A DNA stretch of 64,000 bases from an uncultured Clostridia bacterium (GCA_904373255.1 CAJFFD010000006.1:10073-74072); one strand, 5' to 3'. Shown: positions 1-15,388, counted from the stretch's first letter. Notes: a model not told the origin generated them from the letters alone. Translations and numbers: made by a program.

Positions 1-248
1 ATGCCGTCAAAGTCGCGAACCAGAAGGCGGACGATATCGTTTCCTCCGCGCGCAGAGAGGCGAAGAGCCTGATCGAGCGCACGGAACAGGAGATGGAAGA
101 GGAGCATCGCAAGCTGCAGTCGGACATCGAAAAGCAGATTGCGGATGTATCTTTGGCTGTGGCGGAAAAGGTGCTTGCCAGGGAAGTTACGCCCGAGGAC
201 GATAAAAAACTGATCGAAGACAGCCTTGCGCAGTGGAGCAAAGATTGA
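1..248 (+). CDS. atpF: F0F1 ATP synthase subunit b, 5'-truncated by window edge
   Basis: Frame 3 from position 3 reads AVKVANQKADDIVSSARREAKSLIER...IADVSLAVAEKVLAREVTPEDDKKLIEDSLAQWSKD, stop TGA 246-248; typical b-subunit C-terminus; lies upstream of delta/alpha. Confidence 0.9.
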   Translation, partial: AVKVANQKADDIVSSARREAKSLIERTEQEMEEEHRKLQSDIEKQIADVSLAVAEKVLAREVTPEDDKKLIEDSLAQWSKD

Positions 249-250
249 TT

Positions 251-472
251 ATGAATACGCATGGCGATGAAACGGCGAGGGTCATCCTCGCCAGAAAACC
301 GGACGCCGATCTCGTCGAAAAGATCGTGGCGTTTACCCAAAGCCGCGGGTGTACGAAAGTAAAATACACCATCGATCCGAAGATCGTCGGCGGCATCATC
401 ATTTATATAGGCGACGTCATTTACGACGGTTCCGTGCGGAGCCGGCTGGAGAATATCAAACATTCGTTATGA
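251..472 (+). CDS. atpH: ATP synthase delta subunit, C-terminal domain only (73 aa)
   Basis: YTIDPKIVGGIIIYIGDVIYDGSVRSRL matches the delta/OSCP C-terminal motif; ATG 2 nt after the atpF stop; between atpF and atpA. Confidence 0.8.
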   Translation: MNTHGDETARVILARKPDADLVEKIVAFTQSRGCTKVKYTIDPKIVGGIIIYIGDVIYDGSVRSRLENIKHSL

Positions 473-494
473 CGCCGCACGCACAAGGTGTACT

Positions 495-2051
495 ATGATT
501 GACGTTAATGCGATAGGAAGAGGGATCCGCAAAAAACTGGATTCCGTGCGCGAATATACGGACGAACGCGCTTGCGGCAGAATCATTTATTCGGGCGACG
601 GGGTCGTGCATATCACGGGTCTGCGGGATGTTAAATACAACGAACTTCTCGAAATTCAGGGCGGATACCGCGCCCTCGCGCTCAATCTGGAGCGCAATCA
701 GGTCGGCGCCGTTTTGTTTTCGGGCGAAGATAAAGTCAGATACGGCGATCTTGCATATTCCACGGGCGAAACGGTTCAGATGCGTGTGGGAGAGGAACTT
801 TTGGGGCGAATCGTCGACCCGCTCGGTCAGCCGCTCGACGGGTTGGCGGAAATCAAGTCGGAAAAATACCGCCCCGTCGAATATCCCGCTCCAGCCATTA
901 TGGACAGGGCAAAGGTCAACAAACCTTTGCAGACGGGAATCCTCGCCATCGACAGCATGATCCCCATCGGCAGGGGACAGCGTGAACTCATCATCGGCGA
1001 CAGGCAGACGGGCAAAACTGCGATCGCCATCGATACCATACTCAACCAAAAGAATGAAAACGTGATCTGCATCTACGTTTCCATCGGTCAGAAATCTTCG
1101 TCGCTGGCAAAAATCGTTTCGACGCTGCGCAGCGAGGGTGCGATGGATTATACCTGCGTCGTCTCCTCCACGGCGGACGACCCCGTTCCGCTCCAGTATC
1201 TCGCGCCGTACAGCGGCTGCGCGCTGGCGGAATATTTTATGTACCAGGGCAAGGACGTGCTCATCGTTTACGACGATTTGTCCAAACATGCGGTCGCGTA
1301 CCGCACGATGAGCCTGCTCTTGAAGCGCCCCGCAGGGCGCGAAGCGTATCCGGGCGACGTTTTCTATCTCCATTCCCGCCTTTTGGAGCGCTCCGCAAAG
1401 CTGAGCAAAGAAAAGGGCGGCGGTTCGATCACGGCGCTTCCCATCGTCGAAACGCTCGCGGGCGACATATCGGCGTATATCCCGACGAACGTCATCTCCA
1501 TTACGGACGGGCAAATCTATCTGGAAAGCGAACTCTTTAACAGCGGCGTGCGTCCTGCGGTCAACGTCGGTCTGTCCGTTTCGCGTGTGGGCGGCAGTGC
1601 GCAGCGCGCCGCGATCCGCCAGATCTCGGGTCAGCTCCGCGTCAACCTCGCGCAGTACAGGGAACTCGCCATCTTCATGCAGTTCGGTTCAGACCTCGAT
1701 GCGGAAACGCAAAAAACGCTTTCGCGCGGGTTGAAAATGACGGATACCCTCAAACAGCGGCAGTATCTCAACTATTCCGTCAAGGACATGATCATTTTGC
1801 TCGCCGTTTCGCAGAGCGACCTGGTCGATAAAATTCCGGAGAAGAAGATGTCGGCATACGTTGACGGGCTTTTGGATTACATCCGCGTCAATCATGCCTC
1901 TCTGTTGGATGAAATCGACCCCGACCAAAAGCTGACGGACGAGGTGCGGGGGAAGATTTTTGCCGTCGCGGAAGAATACATCAACTGCTCGGTCGGCGAT
2001 GACAGTGCGGGCGCTTCGTCCGCCGAAGAGGAACCGGCGGAGGCGGAATAA
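495..2051 (+). CDS. atpA: ATP synthase F1 alpha subunit
   Basis: GDRQTGKT Walker A; PAGREAYPGDVFYLHSRLLER signature. Confidence 0.98.
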   Translation: MIDVNAIGRGIRKKLDSVREYTDERACGRIIYSGDGVVHITGLRDVKYNELLEIQGGYRALALNLERNQVGAVLFSGEDKVRYGDLAYSTGETVQMRVGEELLGRIVDPLGQPLDGLAEIKSEKYRPVEYPAPAIMDRAKVNKPLQTGILAIDSMIPIGRGQRELIIGDRQTGKTAIAIDTILNQKNENVICIYVSIGQKSSSLAKIVSTLRSEGAMDYTCVVSSTADDPVPLQYLAPYSGCALAEYFMYQGKDVLIVYDDLSKHAVAYRTMSLLLKRPAGREAYPGDVFYLHSRLLERSAKLSKEKGGGSITALPIVETLAGDISAYIPTNVISITDGQIYLESELFNSGVRPAVNVGLSVSRVGGSAQRAAIRQISGQLRVNLAQYRELAIFMQFGSDLDAETQKTLSRGLKMTDTLKQRQYLNYSVKDMIILLAVSQSDLVDKIPEKKMSAYVDGLLDYIRVNHASLLDEIDPDQKLTDEVRGKIFAVAEEYINCSVGDDSAGASSAEEEPAEAE

Positions 2052-2052
2052 T

Positions 2053-4333
<2,281 letters not shown>

Positions 4334-4357
4334 CACCCTTGCCGTCGGGAGTGAAAA

Positions 4358-4774
4358 ATGAATAAATTCTTTTTGGAGATCATCACGCCCGAAAAGACCT
4401 TTTATCGCGGCGAGGTGGAAAGCATCAATATCCCCGCGCTGGGCGGCGCTTGTACTGTCATGGCGGGGCACCAGCCGATGGTTTTTGCCACGGAACCGGG
4501 CGTCATCCGCATCACGGAAAACGGCAAAACGCGCGAGGCGTTCATGAGCGAGGGTTTCGTCGAAGTCCGCCCGGACGAAACGATCGCCTTTTCGCAGGCG
4601 GTCGAGTGGCCGGAGGACATCAACGAGCGCCGCGCGGAGGAAGCGAAGGAACGCGCGGAGGAGCAGCTTCGGCGCAATCGGAGCGCGGCGGAATACCGCC
4701 TCAACCGCCAGGCGCTGCAGCGTGCGTTCGCAAGGCTGCGCGTCAAGCACCACAATTATATGGATCAGAATTAA
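4358..4774 (+). CDS. atpC: ATP synthase F1 epsilon subunit
   Basis: LEIITPE N-terminal beta domain plus C-terminal helical hairpin (IN ERRAEEAKERAEEQL); follows atpD. Confidence 0.95.
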   Translation: MNKFFLEIITPEKTFYRGEVESINIPALGGACTVMAGHQPMVFATEPGVIRITENGKTREAFMSEGFVEVRPDETIAFSQAVEWPEDINERRAEEAKERAEEQLRRNRSAAEYRLNRQALQRAFARLRVKHHNYMDQN

Positions 4775-4780
4775 AGAAAA

Positions 4781-4809
4781 AGCGGAGCATCATGCTCCGC
4801 TCTCTTTTT
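4781..4809 (+). terminator. Intrinsic terminator of the atp operon
   Basis: AGCGGAGCA/TGCTCCGCT stem followed by CTCTTTTT. Confidence 0.8.
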
Positions 4810-4892
4810 ATTGCTGCCGATTCGTTTGCAATTTCGCCGCTTTTTGTATATAATAGAGGTTGAACAAACGCAAGAACGCCACGGAGGAAAGA

Positions 4893-6698
4893 ATGGCAAA
4901 GCCGAGCAAATATATCCGCAATTTTTGCATTATAGCGCACATCGACCACGGCAAGAGCACCATTGCAGACAGAATCATGGAGCTTACGGGGCAGGTTTCC
5001 GCGCGCGACATGGAGGATCAGCTCCTCGACTCAATGGATTTGGAGCGGGAGAGGGGCATTACCATCAAGCTGACGCCTGTGCGCATGTTTTACAAGGCGA
5101 ACGACGGAAATGAGTACGAATTTAACCTCATCGATACGCCGGGGCACGTCGACTTTACCTACGAAGTTTCCCGCTCGCTCGCCGCGTGCGAGGGTGCGAT
5201 TTTGGTCGTGGACGCCACGCAGGGCATCGAGGCGCAGACGCTCGCAAACGTCTACCTCGCCCTCGAAAACGACCTGGAGATCATCCCCGTCATCAATAAA
5301 ATCGACCTTCCCTCCGCCGACATCGAGGGAACCCGCAAGGAGATCGAGGACGTAATCGGGCTGGATGCTTCCTATGCTCCCTGCGTTTCCGCTAAAGAAG
5401 GCACAAATATACGCGACATTTTAGAAAAAATTGTCGAGCATATCCCCGCGCCCGACGGCGATACCGAGGCGCCGCTTAAAGCGCTCATCTTCGACAGTTA
5501 TTACGACAACTACAAGGGCGTCATTTTATTTGTCCGCATCAAGGACGGCAGCGTCAAGGTGGGGGACATTATCCGGACATTCCAGTCGGACAAGCAGTAC
5601 GACGTGACGGAGGTGGGCGCCTTCAGCCCCAAACTCGCGCCTAAGGAAATTCTGCGCGCGGGCGAAGTCGGTTACATCGCGGCGAGCATTAAAAGCATAC
5701 AGGACGTCGCCGTCGGCGATACGGTCACGAACGCGCTTTCGCCCGCCAAAGAGCCGTTGCCCGGATATAAAAAGGTGCAGCCCGTCGTGTTCTGCGGCAT
5801 CTATCCGCTGGACGGGAGCAAGTTCAACGACCTGAAGGACGCGCTCCTGAAATTGCAGCTCAACGACGCGTCGCTCATCTTCGAGCCGGATACATCCGTC
5901 GCGCTCGGGTTTGGATTCCGCTGCGGCTTTTTGGGGCTTCTGCACATGGAAATTATTCAGGAACGCATCGAGCGGGAATTCAATCTCGACATCATCACCA
6001 CCGCGCCGAGCGTTTCCTACAAAGTGCATAAGACAGACGGGGAGGAGCTGTTTGTCGACAACCCGTCGCACCTGCCCGATCAGACGGACATCGAATACAT
6101 GGAGGAACCGATTGTCAAGGTCGAAATTTATTCCCCGCCCGAATACATCGGCTCGATTATGGATTTGTGCCAGGATAAGCGCGGCGTGTTCAAGGATATG
6201 ACCTATCTCGACGAAAAGAGGGTCAAACTCTTGTACACCTTGCCCCTCAACGAGATCATCTACGACTTTTTCGACCAAATTAAATCGCGCACGCGCGGCT
6301 ATGCGAGTTTCGATTACGAGCTCATCGGCTACGAGCGGAGCGAACTTGTCAAACTTGATATTCTGCTCAACGGCGACGTGTGCGACGCGCTCTCCATGAT
6401 CGTGCATAAGGACAGGGCGTACCCCCGCGGCAGGGAACTCGCGGAAAACCTGAAGGAGGCAATCCCGCGCCAGCTCTTCGAGATTCCCATTCAGGCGGCT
6501 GTCGGCGGAAAGATCATCGCGCGCGAGACGGTCAAAGCGGTGCGGAAGGACGTCCTTGCCAAGTGCTACGGCGGCGACATCACCCGCAAAAAGAAGCTGC
6601 TCGAAAAGCAGAAAGAGGGCAAAAAGCGTATGCGCAGCATCGGTTCGGTCGAAGTCCCGTCCGAGGTGTTTATGTCCATCTTGAAGACGAATAAATGA
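4893..6698 (+). CDS. lepA: Elongation factor 4 (LepA)
   Basis: [47 protein letters not shown]; GGAGG RBS before ATG 4893. Confidence 0.98.
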   Translation: MAKPSKYIRNFCIIAHIDHGKSTIADRIMELTGQVSARDMEDQLLDSMDLERERGITIKLTPVRMFYKANDGNEYEFNLIDTPGHVDFTYEVSRSLAACEGAILVVDATQGIEAQTLANVYLALENDLEIIPVINKIDLPSADIEGTRKEIEDVIGLDASYAPCVSAKEGTNIRDILEKIVEHIPAPDGDTEAPLKALIFDSYYDNYKGVILFVRIKDGSVKVGDIIRTFQSDKQYDVTEVGAFSPKLAPKEILRAGEVGYIAASIKSIQDVAVGDTVTNALSPAKEPLPGYKKVQPVVFCGIYPLDGSKFNDLKDALLKLQLNDASLIFEPDTSVALGFGFRCGFLGLLHMEIIQERIEREFNLDIITTAPSVSYKVHKTDGEELFVDNPSHLPDQTDIEYMEEPIVKVEIYSPPEYIGSIMDLCQDKRGVFKDMTYLDEKRVKLLYTLPLNEIIYDFFDQIKSRTRGYASFDYELIGYERSELVKLDILLNGDVCDALSMIVHKDRAYPRGRELAENLKEAIPRQLFEIPIQAAVGGKIIARETVKAVRKDVLAKCYGGDITRKKKLLEKQKEGKKRMRSIGSVEVPSEVFMSILKTNK

Positions 6699-7472
6699 GT
6701 AAATTTCAGATACGGAAAGCGCGCCGCTTATACGGAAAAAATCGTCGGCGCATTTCACGATTTTCATTCAGCAGAAAATATTCTGTCCTCCGTCGAGTAC
6801 GGTAAATGTTACGTTTGCGTACGCGGCGGTGCAATCATCGGAACGGTTACGGCGGAGGGCGCGGAGGTGCATCGCCTGTTCGTTTCCCCCGATGTGCAGG
6901 GCGAAGGCGTGGGTGCAGCTCTCCTGCGGTTTGCCGAAAGGGAGATACAAAAAACATCTCCCTTTGTGCAGGTCGATTCCTCGATCCCGGCGGAAAAGTT
7001 TTATGAGCGCATGGGTTATACCCTCAAAGAAGAATGCACGGACGAGGTTTGCGGCGAGCCGATTTATTGGAAGGTTTACATTAAAAATTTTCCGCAGAGC
7101 GCCGCAATTTTTGATGCGGATTCCCGTGCGGGAATGATGAAGCGCGGAGCGGAAGGGGATAATTTTTTCAGCCGTGTCTATGCGGCGGTGCAGAGGATCC
7201 CATGCGGAAAAGTGGCAAGCTACGGTCAGATCGCGCGCCTGTGCGGAAGTCCGCGCTCCTCGCGCGCGGTAGGATATGCGCTGCACGTCAACCCGCTCCC
7301 CGGCGTCGTGCCGTGCCACCGCGTGGTAAACCGCGAAGGCAGGCTCGCTCCCGCCTTTGCCTTCGGCGGCGCCGAGGTGCAAAAAGAGCTGTTGGAGAGG
7401 GAGGGCGTCGAAGCTGTTCAAAAAGACGGGCTTTATTACGTCGATATGGAAAAATACCGCTGGAATCCGTAA
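6695..7472 (+). pseudogene. GNAT acetyltransferase fused to an O6-methylguanine methyltransferase (MGMT) domain, frameshifted near 6722
   Basis: ATG 6695 (ATGA overlap with lepA stop) gives MSKFQIRKA; the GNAT body (AAYTEKIVGAF...LFVSPDVQGEGVG...FYERMGY) and the MGMT domain (IPCGKVASYGQIA, VPCHRVV) continue in another frame. Confidence 0.65.
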
Positions 7473-7543
7473 TCAGCGGTATTTTTGGTAATTTTCAGAG
7501 TATTATGTCAGGCATAATTGCCTAAAAGTGAGGGTAAATTGAT

Positions 7544-8656
7544 ATGGCAGGGATCTACATTCATATTCCCTTTTGCACGTCCAAGTGCCGTTACTGCGAT
7601 TTTACTTCCTATCCCGGGAAGATCGGCTTTGCCGATGCTTACATGGCGTGCGTTTATAAAGAGATGAAACTCCGGTCGTCGGAGCTGAAAAATAAAACTT
7701 TCGATACCGTGTATATCGGCGGGGGAACGCCTTCGGTGATCGATGCGAAGTGGATCGTCGGGTGCATGAATCAGATCCGCGCCTGCTACACGCTCGCGCC
7801 GGATGCCGAAGTTACCATCGAGATGAACCCCGGTACGGTCACGGAGGAGAAAATCCGAACCTACAAGAGGGCGGGCGTCAACCGCTTTTCCATCGGGTTG
7901 CAGACGGCGATCGATGCGCAGCTTGAGGAGCTCGGTCGCAGGCACACCGCGGCAGATTTTGTTGAAGCCTGCCGCTTGCTCGGCGATGTCAATAAGAGTG
8001 CAGATATCATGATCGGACTGAAGGGGCAGACGAGTGGGGATATCCGCAAATCGATCGACCTTGCTGCGGAGCAGGGTGTTTCGCACATCTCTATGTACGC
8101 ACTCACCCCCGAGGACGGCACGCCAATTTACACCGACTATCTCAATGGCGAACTGCCCGATGCCGACGAGGTCGCGGCGCTCTACGACAGCGCCCGCGCC
8201 TATCTGAAACAGCTTGGGTTCGAGCGATATGAGGTGTCGAACTTTGCAAAGAAGGGGTTTGAATCCCGCCACAATCTCAATTACTGGCGCAGGGGGGAGT
8301 ACATCGGATTCGGCGTCGATGCGAGTTCCTTTATGTGCAGTCGCCGCTTTACGAATACGCGCGATTTAGACGACTATATCAAGTGCATTCTGTCCGACCA
8401 TTATCCTGTCGTTTCCGACGAGGAGATCGCTGGTGAAGATGCAAAGTTTGAAAAGGTCATGCTCGCTCTGCGTATGGAGGAGGGGCTGGACATCGCGGCA
8501 TACAGGCGCGAATTCGGCTCGGAATTTGTCCTCGATTTTGAAGAGGCTCTCGTCAAAAACAAGGAATATTTCGACCTTGTCGGCGGAAAGCGCGTTAAAA
8601 TCAAGGAGAAATATTTATACGTTCAAAACCACATTTTAATGGATTTTTTGAAATAA
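7544..8656 (+). CDS. hemW: Radical SAM heme chaperone HemW (HemN-like)
   Basis: IYIHIPFCxxKCxYCDF, GGGTPS, YEVSN, HNLNYW; downstream of lepA as usual. Confidence 0.9.
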   Translation: MAGIYIHIPFCTSKCRYCDFTSYPGKIGFADAYMACVYKEMKLRSSELKNKTFDTVYIGGGTPSVIDAKWIVGCMNQIRACYTLAPDAEVTIEMNPGTVTEEKIRTYKRAGVNRFSIGLQTAIDAQLEELGRRHTAADFVEACRLLGDVNKSADIMIGLKGQTSGDIRKSIDLAAEQGVSHISMYALTPEDGTPIYTDYLNGELPDADEVAALYDSARAYLKQLGFERYEVSNFAKKGFESRHNLNYWRRGEYIGFGVDASSFMCSRRFTNTRDLDDYIKCILSDHYPVVSDEEIAGEDAKFEKVMLALRMEEGLDIAAYRREFGSEFVLDFEEALVKNKEYFDLVGGKRVKIKEKYLYVQNHILMDFLK

Positions 8657-8696
8657 TATCAAGTACTATGTATGATATAATTGCGATTTAAATAGT

Positions 8697-9374
8697 TTAT
8701 TCTCCCCGAGTAGCAATGATCTCGCCCGTTTCTGCGTCGGTGAGCATGGCATAGGTGTTCCCGTTGCGGTCGGTCAGTCCGACGTAGTAGAAACAGCGTT
8801 CATTGTCGTACAGCAGGCGCACATACAGTTCGCCCGCAAAGGAGCCGCCCGAGGTGAGCGCAGCGAAGCGATCGCTTTCCGCCGTGCGCACTTTCTCCAG
8901 AAGGTCGGCAAGTTGCAGAGTTTTTTCCGTCTTAATGCTCGTAGCCGAAACGGCGATCGGTTCAGCGCTGTCATCGTCGGCGATCGTAATTGTAAAGGAG
9001 ATCGTCGTTTCGTTCGGCGCGGGGATCGTCTGCGAGCAGCGGTGTACGAGGCGCACGCTGTCGAAGGAGAGTTCGGAGGAATATTCCTTTCCGCCGAGCG
9101 AATAGCGGACGGAATAGGTCTTTGTGTTATCCGGCGCGGTGAGCGCGATCTCGAAGACATCGCTCATATCGCCGACGTTGCCGTCTGCCGTGTAGGGATA
9201 TTCGCGCCGCGAATAACTTGCGAATACGGAATATTCGCCCTGCGTGCCTATGTAGATGTCGCTGCGGAATTCCGAAACATAGTCGGAAAGGTCTGCCTGT
9301 GCGCTGCATCCGCCGAAGAGCATTGCCGCCAGGCATACGGAAATTGCGAGGAATGAGAGAATAAATTTTTTCAT
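8697..9374 (-). CDS. Hypothetical lipoprotein
   Basis: MKK signal peptide with LFGG-C lipobox; C-terminal DAETGEII resembles a PepSY-like strand. Confidence 0.75.
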   Translation of the reverse strand: MKKFILSFLAISVCLAAMLFGGCSAQADLSDYVSEFRSDIYIGTQGEYSVFASYSRREYPYTADGNVGDMSDVFEIALTAPDNTKTYSVRYSLGGKEYSSELSFDSVRLVHRCSQTIPAPNETTISFTITIADDDSAEPIAVSATSIKTEKTLQLADLLEKVRTAESDRFAALTSGGSFAGELYVRLLYDNERCFYYVGLTDRNGNTYAMLTDAETGEIIATRGE

Positions 9375-9552
9375 GGACTCTACCTGCCAATAAAATTTCT
9401 ATTGTATTTTATTTTTTTCTCGGCACGAAAATGATTACTTTCCCAAATTAAGTTGATTTTTTTGCCGCGCTGTGATAAAATGAACAAAATAATTTTTTCG
9501 GATGCGCGGGTGTGCGTGTAAAGCCGGAATTCGGGATGCGCGGAGGGGAGCG

Positions 9553-11708
<2,156 letters not shown>

Positions 11709-11719
11709 TGGATGCAGTC

Positions 11720-11755
11720 AATGTACCGCCGTTTTTCGTGCGGTACATTCCTTTT
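11720..11755 (+). terminator. Hairpin or terminator between guaB and guaA
   Basis: AATGTACCGC/GCGGTACATT stem then CCTTTT. Confidence 0.5.
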
Positions 11756-11796
11756 ACGCACATAGCCGGGGGAGATGAGAAGGGAGTTTAATTAAA

Positions 11797-13329
11797 ATGC
11801 AGCATCAAAGAGTTTTGGTTTTGGATTTCGGCGGGCAGTATAATCAGCTGATTGCGCGCCGCGTGCGCGAGCAGGGCGTGTACTGCGACCTCGTGCCATT
11901 CACGACAAGCATCGATAAAATCCGCGAATACGCGCCCATCGGCATCATCTTCACGGGCGGGCCGAACAGCGTGTACGAGGCGGGCGCGCCCGACGTGGAT
12001 GCGGAAATTTTTGAATTGGGAATCCCCGTGCTCGGCATCTGCTACGGCTGCCAGCTCGTCGCGCACAAGCTGGGCGGCAGGGTCGCCCATGCGGAAACGC
12101 GCGAATACGGCAAGAGCGAAATCGAGTATTCGGAGAGCTTGCTCTTCAAAGGCATCGATAAAAACAATATCTGCTGGATGAGTCACACTGACTATGTCGG
12201 CGAGGTTCCGTCCGGCTTCCACATCACCGCCACGACGAAGACCTGCCCTGCGGCGGGCTTTGAAAACGCGGAAAAGAATATTTACGGCATTCAGTTCCAC
12301 CCCGAAGTGCATCACACCGCGCAGGGCGATATGATTTTGCGCAATTTCCTGTACGAGATCTGCGGCGCGAAGGGCGACTGGACGATGTCGAACTTCGTGT
12401 CTGAGCAGGTGGAGATACTCAAAAAGAAGCTCGCGGGCAAAAAGGTTTTGTGCGCGATGAGCGGCGGAGTGGACAGCGCCGTCGCGGCGACGCTCGTGCA
12501 TCGCGCGGCGGGGGATAACCTCACCTGCGTGTTCGTCGACCACGGGCTTTTGCGCAAGGGCGAATCGGAGGAGGTCGTCTCCGTGTTCCGCGACAAGCTG
12601 GGCATGAACCTCATCCGTGCGGACGCGAGCGAGCGCTTCCTGAAAAAATTGAAGGGCGTCGCAGACCCCGAAAGGAAGCGTAAGATCATCGGCGAGGAAT
12701 TCATCAAGGTTTTCGAGGCGGAGGCAAAGAAGATCGGCGCGGTCGACTACCTCGTGCAGGGTACCATCTACCCCGACGTCATCGAGAGCGGGAAGGGCGC
12801 GTCGGCGGTCATCAAGAGCCACCACAACGTGGGCGGGCTTCCCTCTGTCGTCGATTTCAAGGAGATCGTCGAGCCGCTGCGCGACTTGTTCAAGGACGAG
12901 GTGCGCAAGGTGGGTACCGAACTCGGGCTTCCCGATTCGGTCGTCGAACGGCAGCCTTTCCCCGGCCCGGGGCTCGCGATCCGCATCATGGGCGAGGTGA
13001 CGGAGGAAAAATTGCAGACTCTGCGCGACGCGGACTATATCCTCCGCGAGGAGATCGCCAAGGCGGGGCTGAACCGCGAGATCTGGCAGTACTTTGCCGT
13101 CATTACCTCGACGTATACGGTCGGCGTGATGGGCGACGCGCGCACCTACGAGCCGGTCATCGCCCTGCGCGCCGTGACGAGCGTAGACGCCATGACGGCG
13201 GACTGGGCGCGCATCCCGTACGATGTATTGGAGCGCATCTCCAACCGCATCGTCAACGAAGTGGAGCACGCCAACCGCATCGTGTACGACATCACGAGCA
13301 AACCGCCCGCAACGATCGAGTGGGAATAA
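11797..13329 (+). CDS. guaA: Glutamine-hydrolysing GMP synthase (full length)
   Basis: GATase motifs [21 protein letters not shown]; ATPPase SGGVDS; C-terminal KPPATIEWE. Confidence 0.98.
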   Translation: MQHQRVLVLDFGGQYNQLIARRVREQGVYCDLVPFTTSIDKIREYAPIGIIFTGGPNSVYEAGAPDVDAEIFELGIPVLGICYGCQLVAHKLGGRVAHAETREYGKSEIEYSESLLFKGIDKNNICWMSHTDYVGEVPSGFHITATTKTCPAAGFENAEKNIYGIQFHPEVHHTAQGDMILRNFLYEICGAKGDWTMSNFVSEQVEILKKKLAGKKVLCAMSGGVDSAVAATLVHRAAGDNLTCVFVDHGLLRKGESEEVVSVFRDKLGMNLIRADASERFLKKLKGVADPERKRKIIGEEFIKVFEAEAKKIGAVDYLVQGTIYPDVIESGKGASAVIKSHHNVGGLPSVVDFKEIVEPLRDLFKDEVRKVGTELGLPDSVVERQPFPGPGLAIRIMGEVTEEKLQTLRDADYILREEIAKAGLNREIWQYFAVITSTYTVGVMGDARTYEPVIALRAVTSVDAMTADWARIPYDVLERISNRIVNEVEHANRIVYDITSKPPATIEWE

Positions 13330-13366
13330 TGGTTCGGCAAATGAACCACAGCGGACAATTTTTTCT

Positions 13367-14239
13367 ATGAAAATCGCGCTTTTGCAGCTTCTGCCCGCGG
13401 GCAGTGAATCGGAAAACCGAAAAAAGGGCGCCGAGTGGTGCCGCCGCGCGAAGGAGGCGGGCGCGGATATCGCGCTCTTTCCCGAAATGTGGAGCTGCGG
13501 CTATTCCTTTCCGCGGGATGTTGACGCATTAAGAGCCGCGGCGATTGCGGCGGACGGAGATTTCGTCAATTCCTTCGGCGAACTCGCCGCGCGGCTGCAA
13601 ATGGCGGTCGGCATAACCTTTTTGGAACAATACGAGCCGTCGCCGCGCAACTCGTTTGTGCTCTTTGACCGCTTCGGCAGGCGCGTCCTGTCGTATGCGA
13701 AGGTACACACCTGCGACTTCGGCGAGGAGCGTATATTGACGGCGGGCAATTGCTTCCCCGTTTCCGAGCTGGATACGGCGGAGGGGAAAGTCAAGGTCGG
13801 CGCGATGATCTGCTACGACCGCGAATTTCCCGAAAGCGCGCGCATCCTCATGCTCGAAGGGGCGGAACTCATCCTGGTGCCGAACGCCTGCCCGATGGAA
13901 ATAAACCGCTTGTCGCAGCTGCGCGGGCGCGCGTATGAAAATATGTGCGCGATCGCGACGGCGAATTACCCGAAGGGCCAGCCTGACTGCAACGGGCATT
14001 CCACTGTGTTCGACGGCGTGGCGTATCTCCCGGGCGAGGAGGCTCCGCGCGATACCTGCCTTTTGGAGGCGCCCGAGGAGGAAGGCGTGTACCTTGCAGA
14101 GCTGGATTTGGCGCTCTTGCGGGAATATCGGCGGAGCGAAGTGCACGGCAACGCCTACCGCCGCCCGCTCCTGTATAGTAAAATCCTCGATACGGCAGTG
14201 GAGGAAACGTTCGTCCGCGCCGATAAGAGAGAGCGATAA
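13367..14239 (+). CDS. Carbon-nitrogen hydrolase (nitrilase superfamily)
   Basis: Glu-Lys-Cys triad motifs LFPE, YAKVH, ICYDREFPE. Confidence 0.92.
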   Translation: MKIALLQLLPAGSESENRKKGAEWCRRAKEAGADIALFPEMWSCGYSFPRDVDALRAAAIAADGDFVNSFGELAARLQMAVGITFLEQYEPSPRNSFVLFDRFGRRVLSYAKVHTCDFGEERILTAGNCFPVSELDTAEGKVKVGAMICYDREFPESARILMLEGAELILVPNACPMEINRLSQLRGRAYENMCAIATANYPKGQPDCNGHSTVFDGVAYLPGEEAPRDTCLLEAPEEEGVYLAELDLALLREYRRSEVHGNAYRRPLLYSKILDTAVEETFVRADKRER

Positions 14240-14263
14240 AAAGATAGTACGGAGGATATTCGA

Positions 14264-15244
14264 ATGGAAAACAACAAGCGCCCCGAGAACATGGCGCGCA
14301 TCAACAGCGAAGTGCTCGCAAACGCATTTATCGACGAGCAGGTGAAGGCGATTCAGAAGCAGGTCGGCGACAAAAAGGTATTGCTCGCACTTTCGGGCGG
14401 GGTAGATTCTTCCGTCGTGGCGGCTCTGCTCATCAGGGCGATCGGCAAAAACCTCGTCTGCGTGCATGTCAACCACGGGCTTCTGCGCAAGGGCGAGCCC
14501 GAGCAGGTTATCGAAGTGTTCCGTAATCAGATGAATGCGAACCTCGTCTATGTCGACGCCACAGACCGTTTCCTGGATAAACTCGCGGGCGTTTTCGACC
14601 CCGAAAGGAAGCGCAAGATCATCGGCGCGGAGTTTATCCGCGTGTTCGAAGAGGAAGCGCGCAAACTGCACGGCATCGAATTTCTTGCGCAGGGAACGAT
14701 TTATCCCGACATTTTGGAGAGCGGCCCCGTCAAGGCGCATCACAACGTCGGCGGGTTGCCGGAAGATCTGAAATTTGAATTGGTCGAACCGCTCAAATTC
14801 CTGTTCAAGGACGAAGTCCGTGTGGTCGGCAAAGCGCTCGGTCTTCCCGATAACATGGTCTACCGTCAGCCGTTTCCCGGCCCCGGTCTCGGCGTTCGTT
14901 GCCTGGGCGCCATTACGCGCGAGCGGCTGGAATGCGTGCGCGAATCGGACGCGATTCTGCGCGAAGAGTTCGATAAAAACGGGCTTGCCGGCAAAGTTTG
15001 GCAGTATTTCACCGTCGTACCCGACTTCAAGTCGGTCGGCGTCAAGGGCGGAGAACGCACCTATGAATATCCCGTCATCATCCGCGCGGTCAACACGGTC
15101 GACGCGATGACGGCGACGGTGGAGGATATTCCGTTCGCGCTCCTGCAGCACATCACCGACCGCATCACGAAAGAGGTGAAAGGCGTCAACCGCGTGCTGT
15201 ACGACTTAACGCCGAAGCCCTGCGGAACCATCGAGTGGGAGTAA
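14264..15244 (+). CDS. GMP synthase ATP-pyrophosphatase subunit lacking the GATase domain (second guaA paralog)
   Basis: [50 protein letters not shown]; 326 aa; own GGAGG RBS. Confidence 0.92.
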   Translation: MENNKRPENMARINSEVLANAFIDEQVKAIQKQVGDKKVLLALSGGVDSSVVAALLIRAIGKNLVCVHVNHGLLRKGEPEQVIEVFRNQMNANLVYVDATDRFLDKLAGVFDPERKRKIIGAEFIRVFEEEARKLHGIEFLAQGTIYPDILESGPVKAHHNVGGLPEDLKFELVEPLKFLFKDEVRVVGKALGLPDNMVYRQPFPGPGLGVRCLGAITRERLECVRESDAILREEFDKNGLAGKVWQYFTVVPDFKSVGVKGGERTYEYPVIIRAVNTVDAMTATVEDIPFALLQHITDRITKEVKGVNRVLYDLTPKPCGTIEWE

Positions 15245-15278
15245 TTTATCGACAGTTTTATAGGATACGTCGTATTTT

Positions 15279-15321
15279 GAAATACCTTTGCAAAAATTTT
15301 CGCAAAGGTATTTCTTTTTTT
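15279..15321 (+). terminator. Intrinsic terminator after the gua cluster
   Basis: GAAATACCTTTGC/GCAAAGGTATTTC stem plus T-run. Confidence 0.8.
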
Positions 15322-15388
15322 GTATAAATATGGTATACTGAATCATAGTACTTTCCTATGTGAAAGAAATTTATGATTCGGGTGGAAA

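Noticed and set aside
6696-6870. Stop-codon readthrough from lepA into the GNAT frame (same frame, TGA stop)
   Set aside because: LepA ends at its normal C-terminus, and the overlapping ATG gives a typical GNAT start, so a frameshift lesion is simpler
12480-15244. Repeated DNA segments in the gua region
   Set aside because: They are conserved coding motifs shared by the two guaA paralogs, not a repeat array
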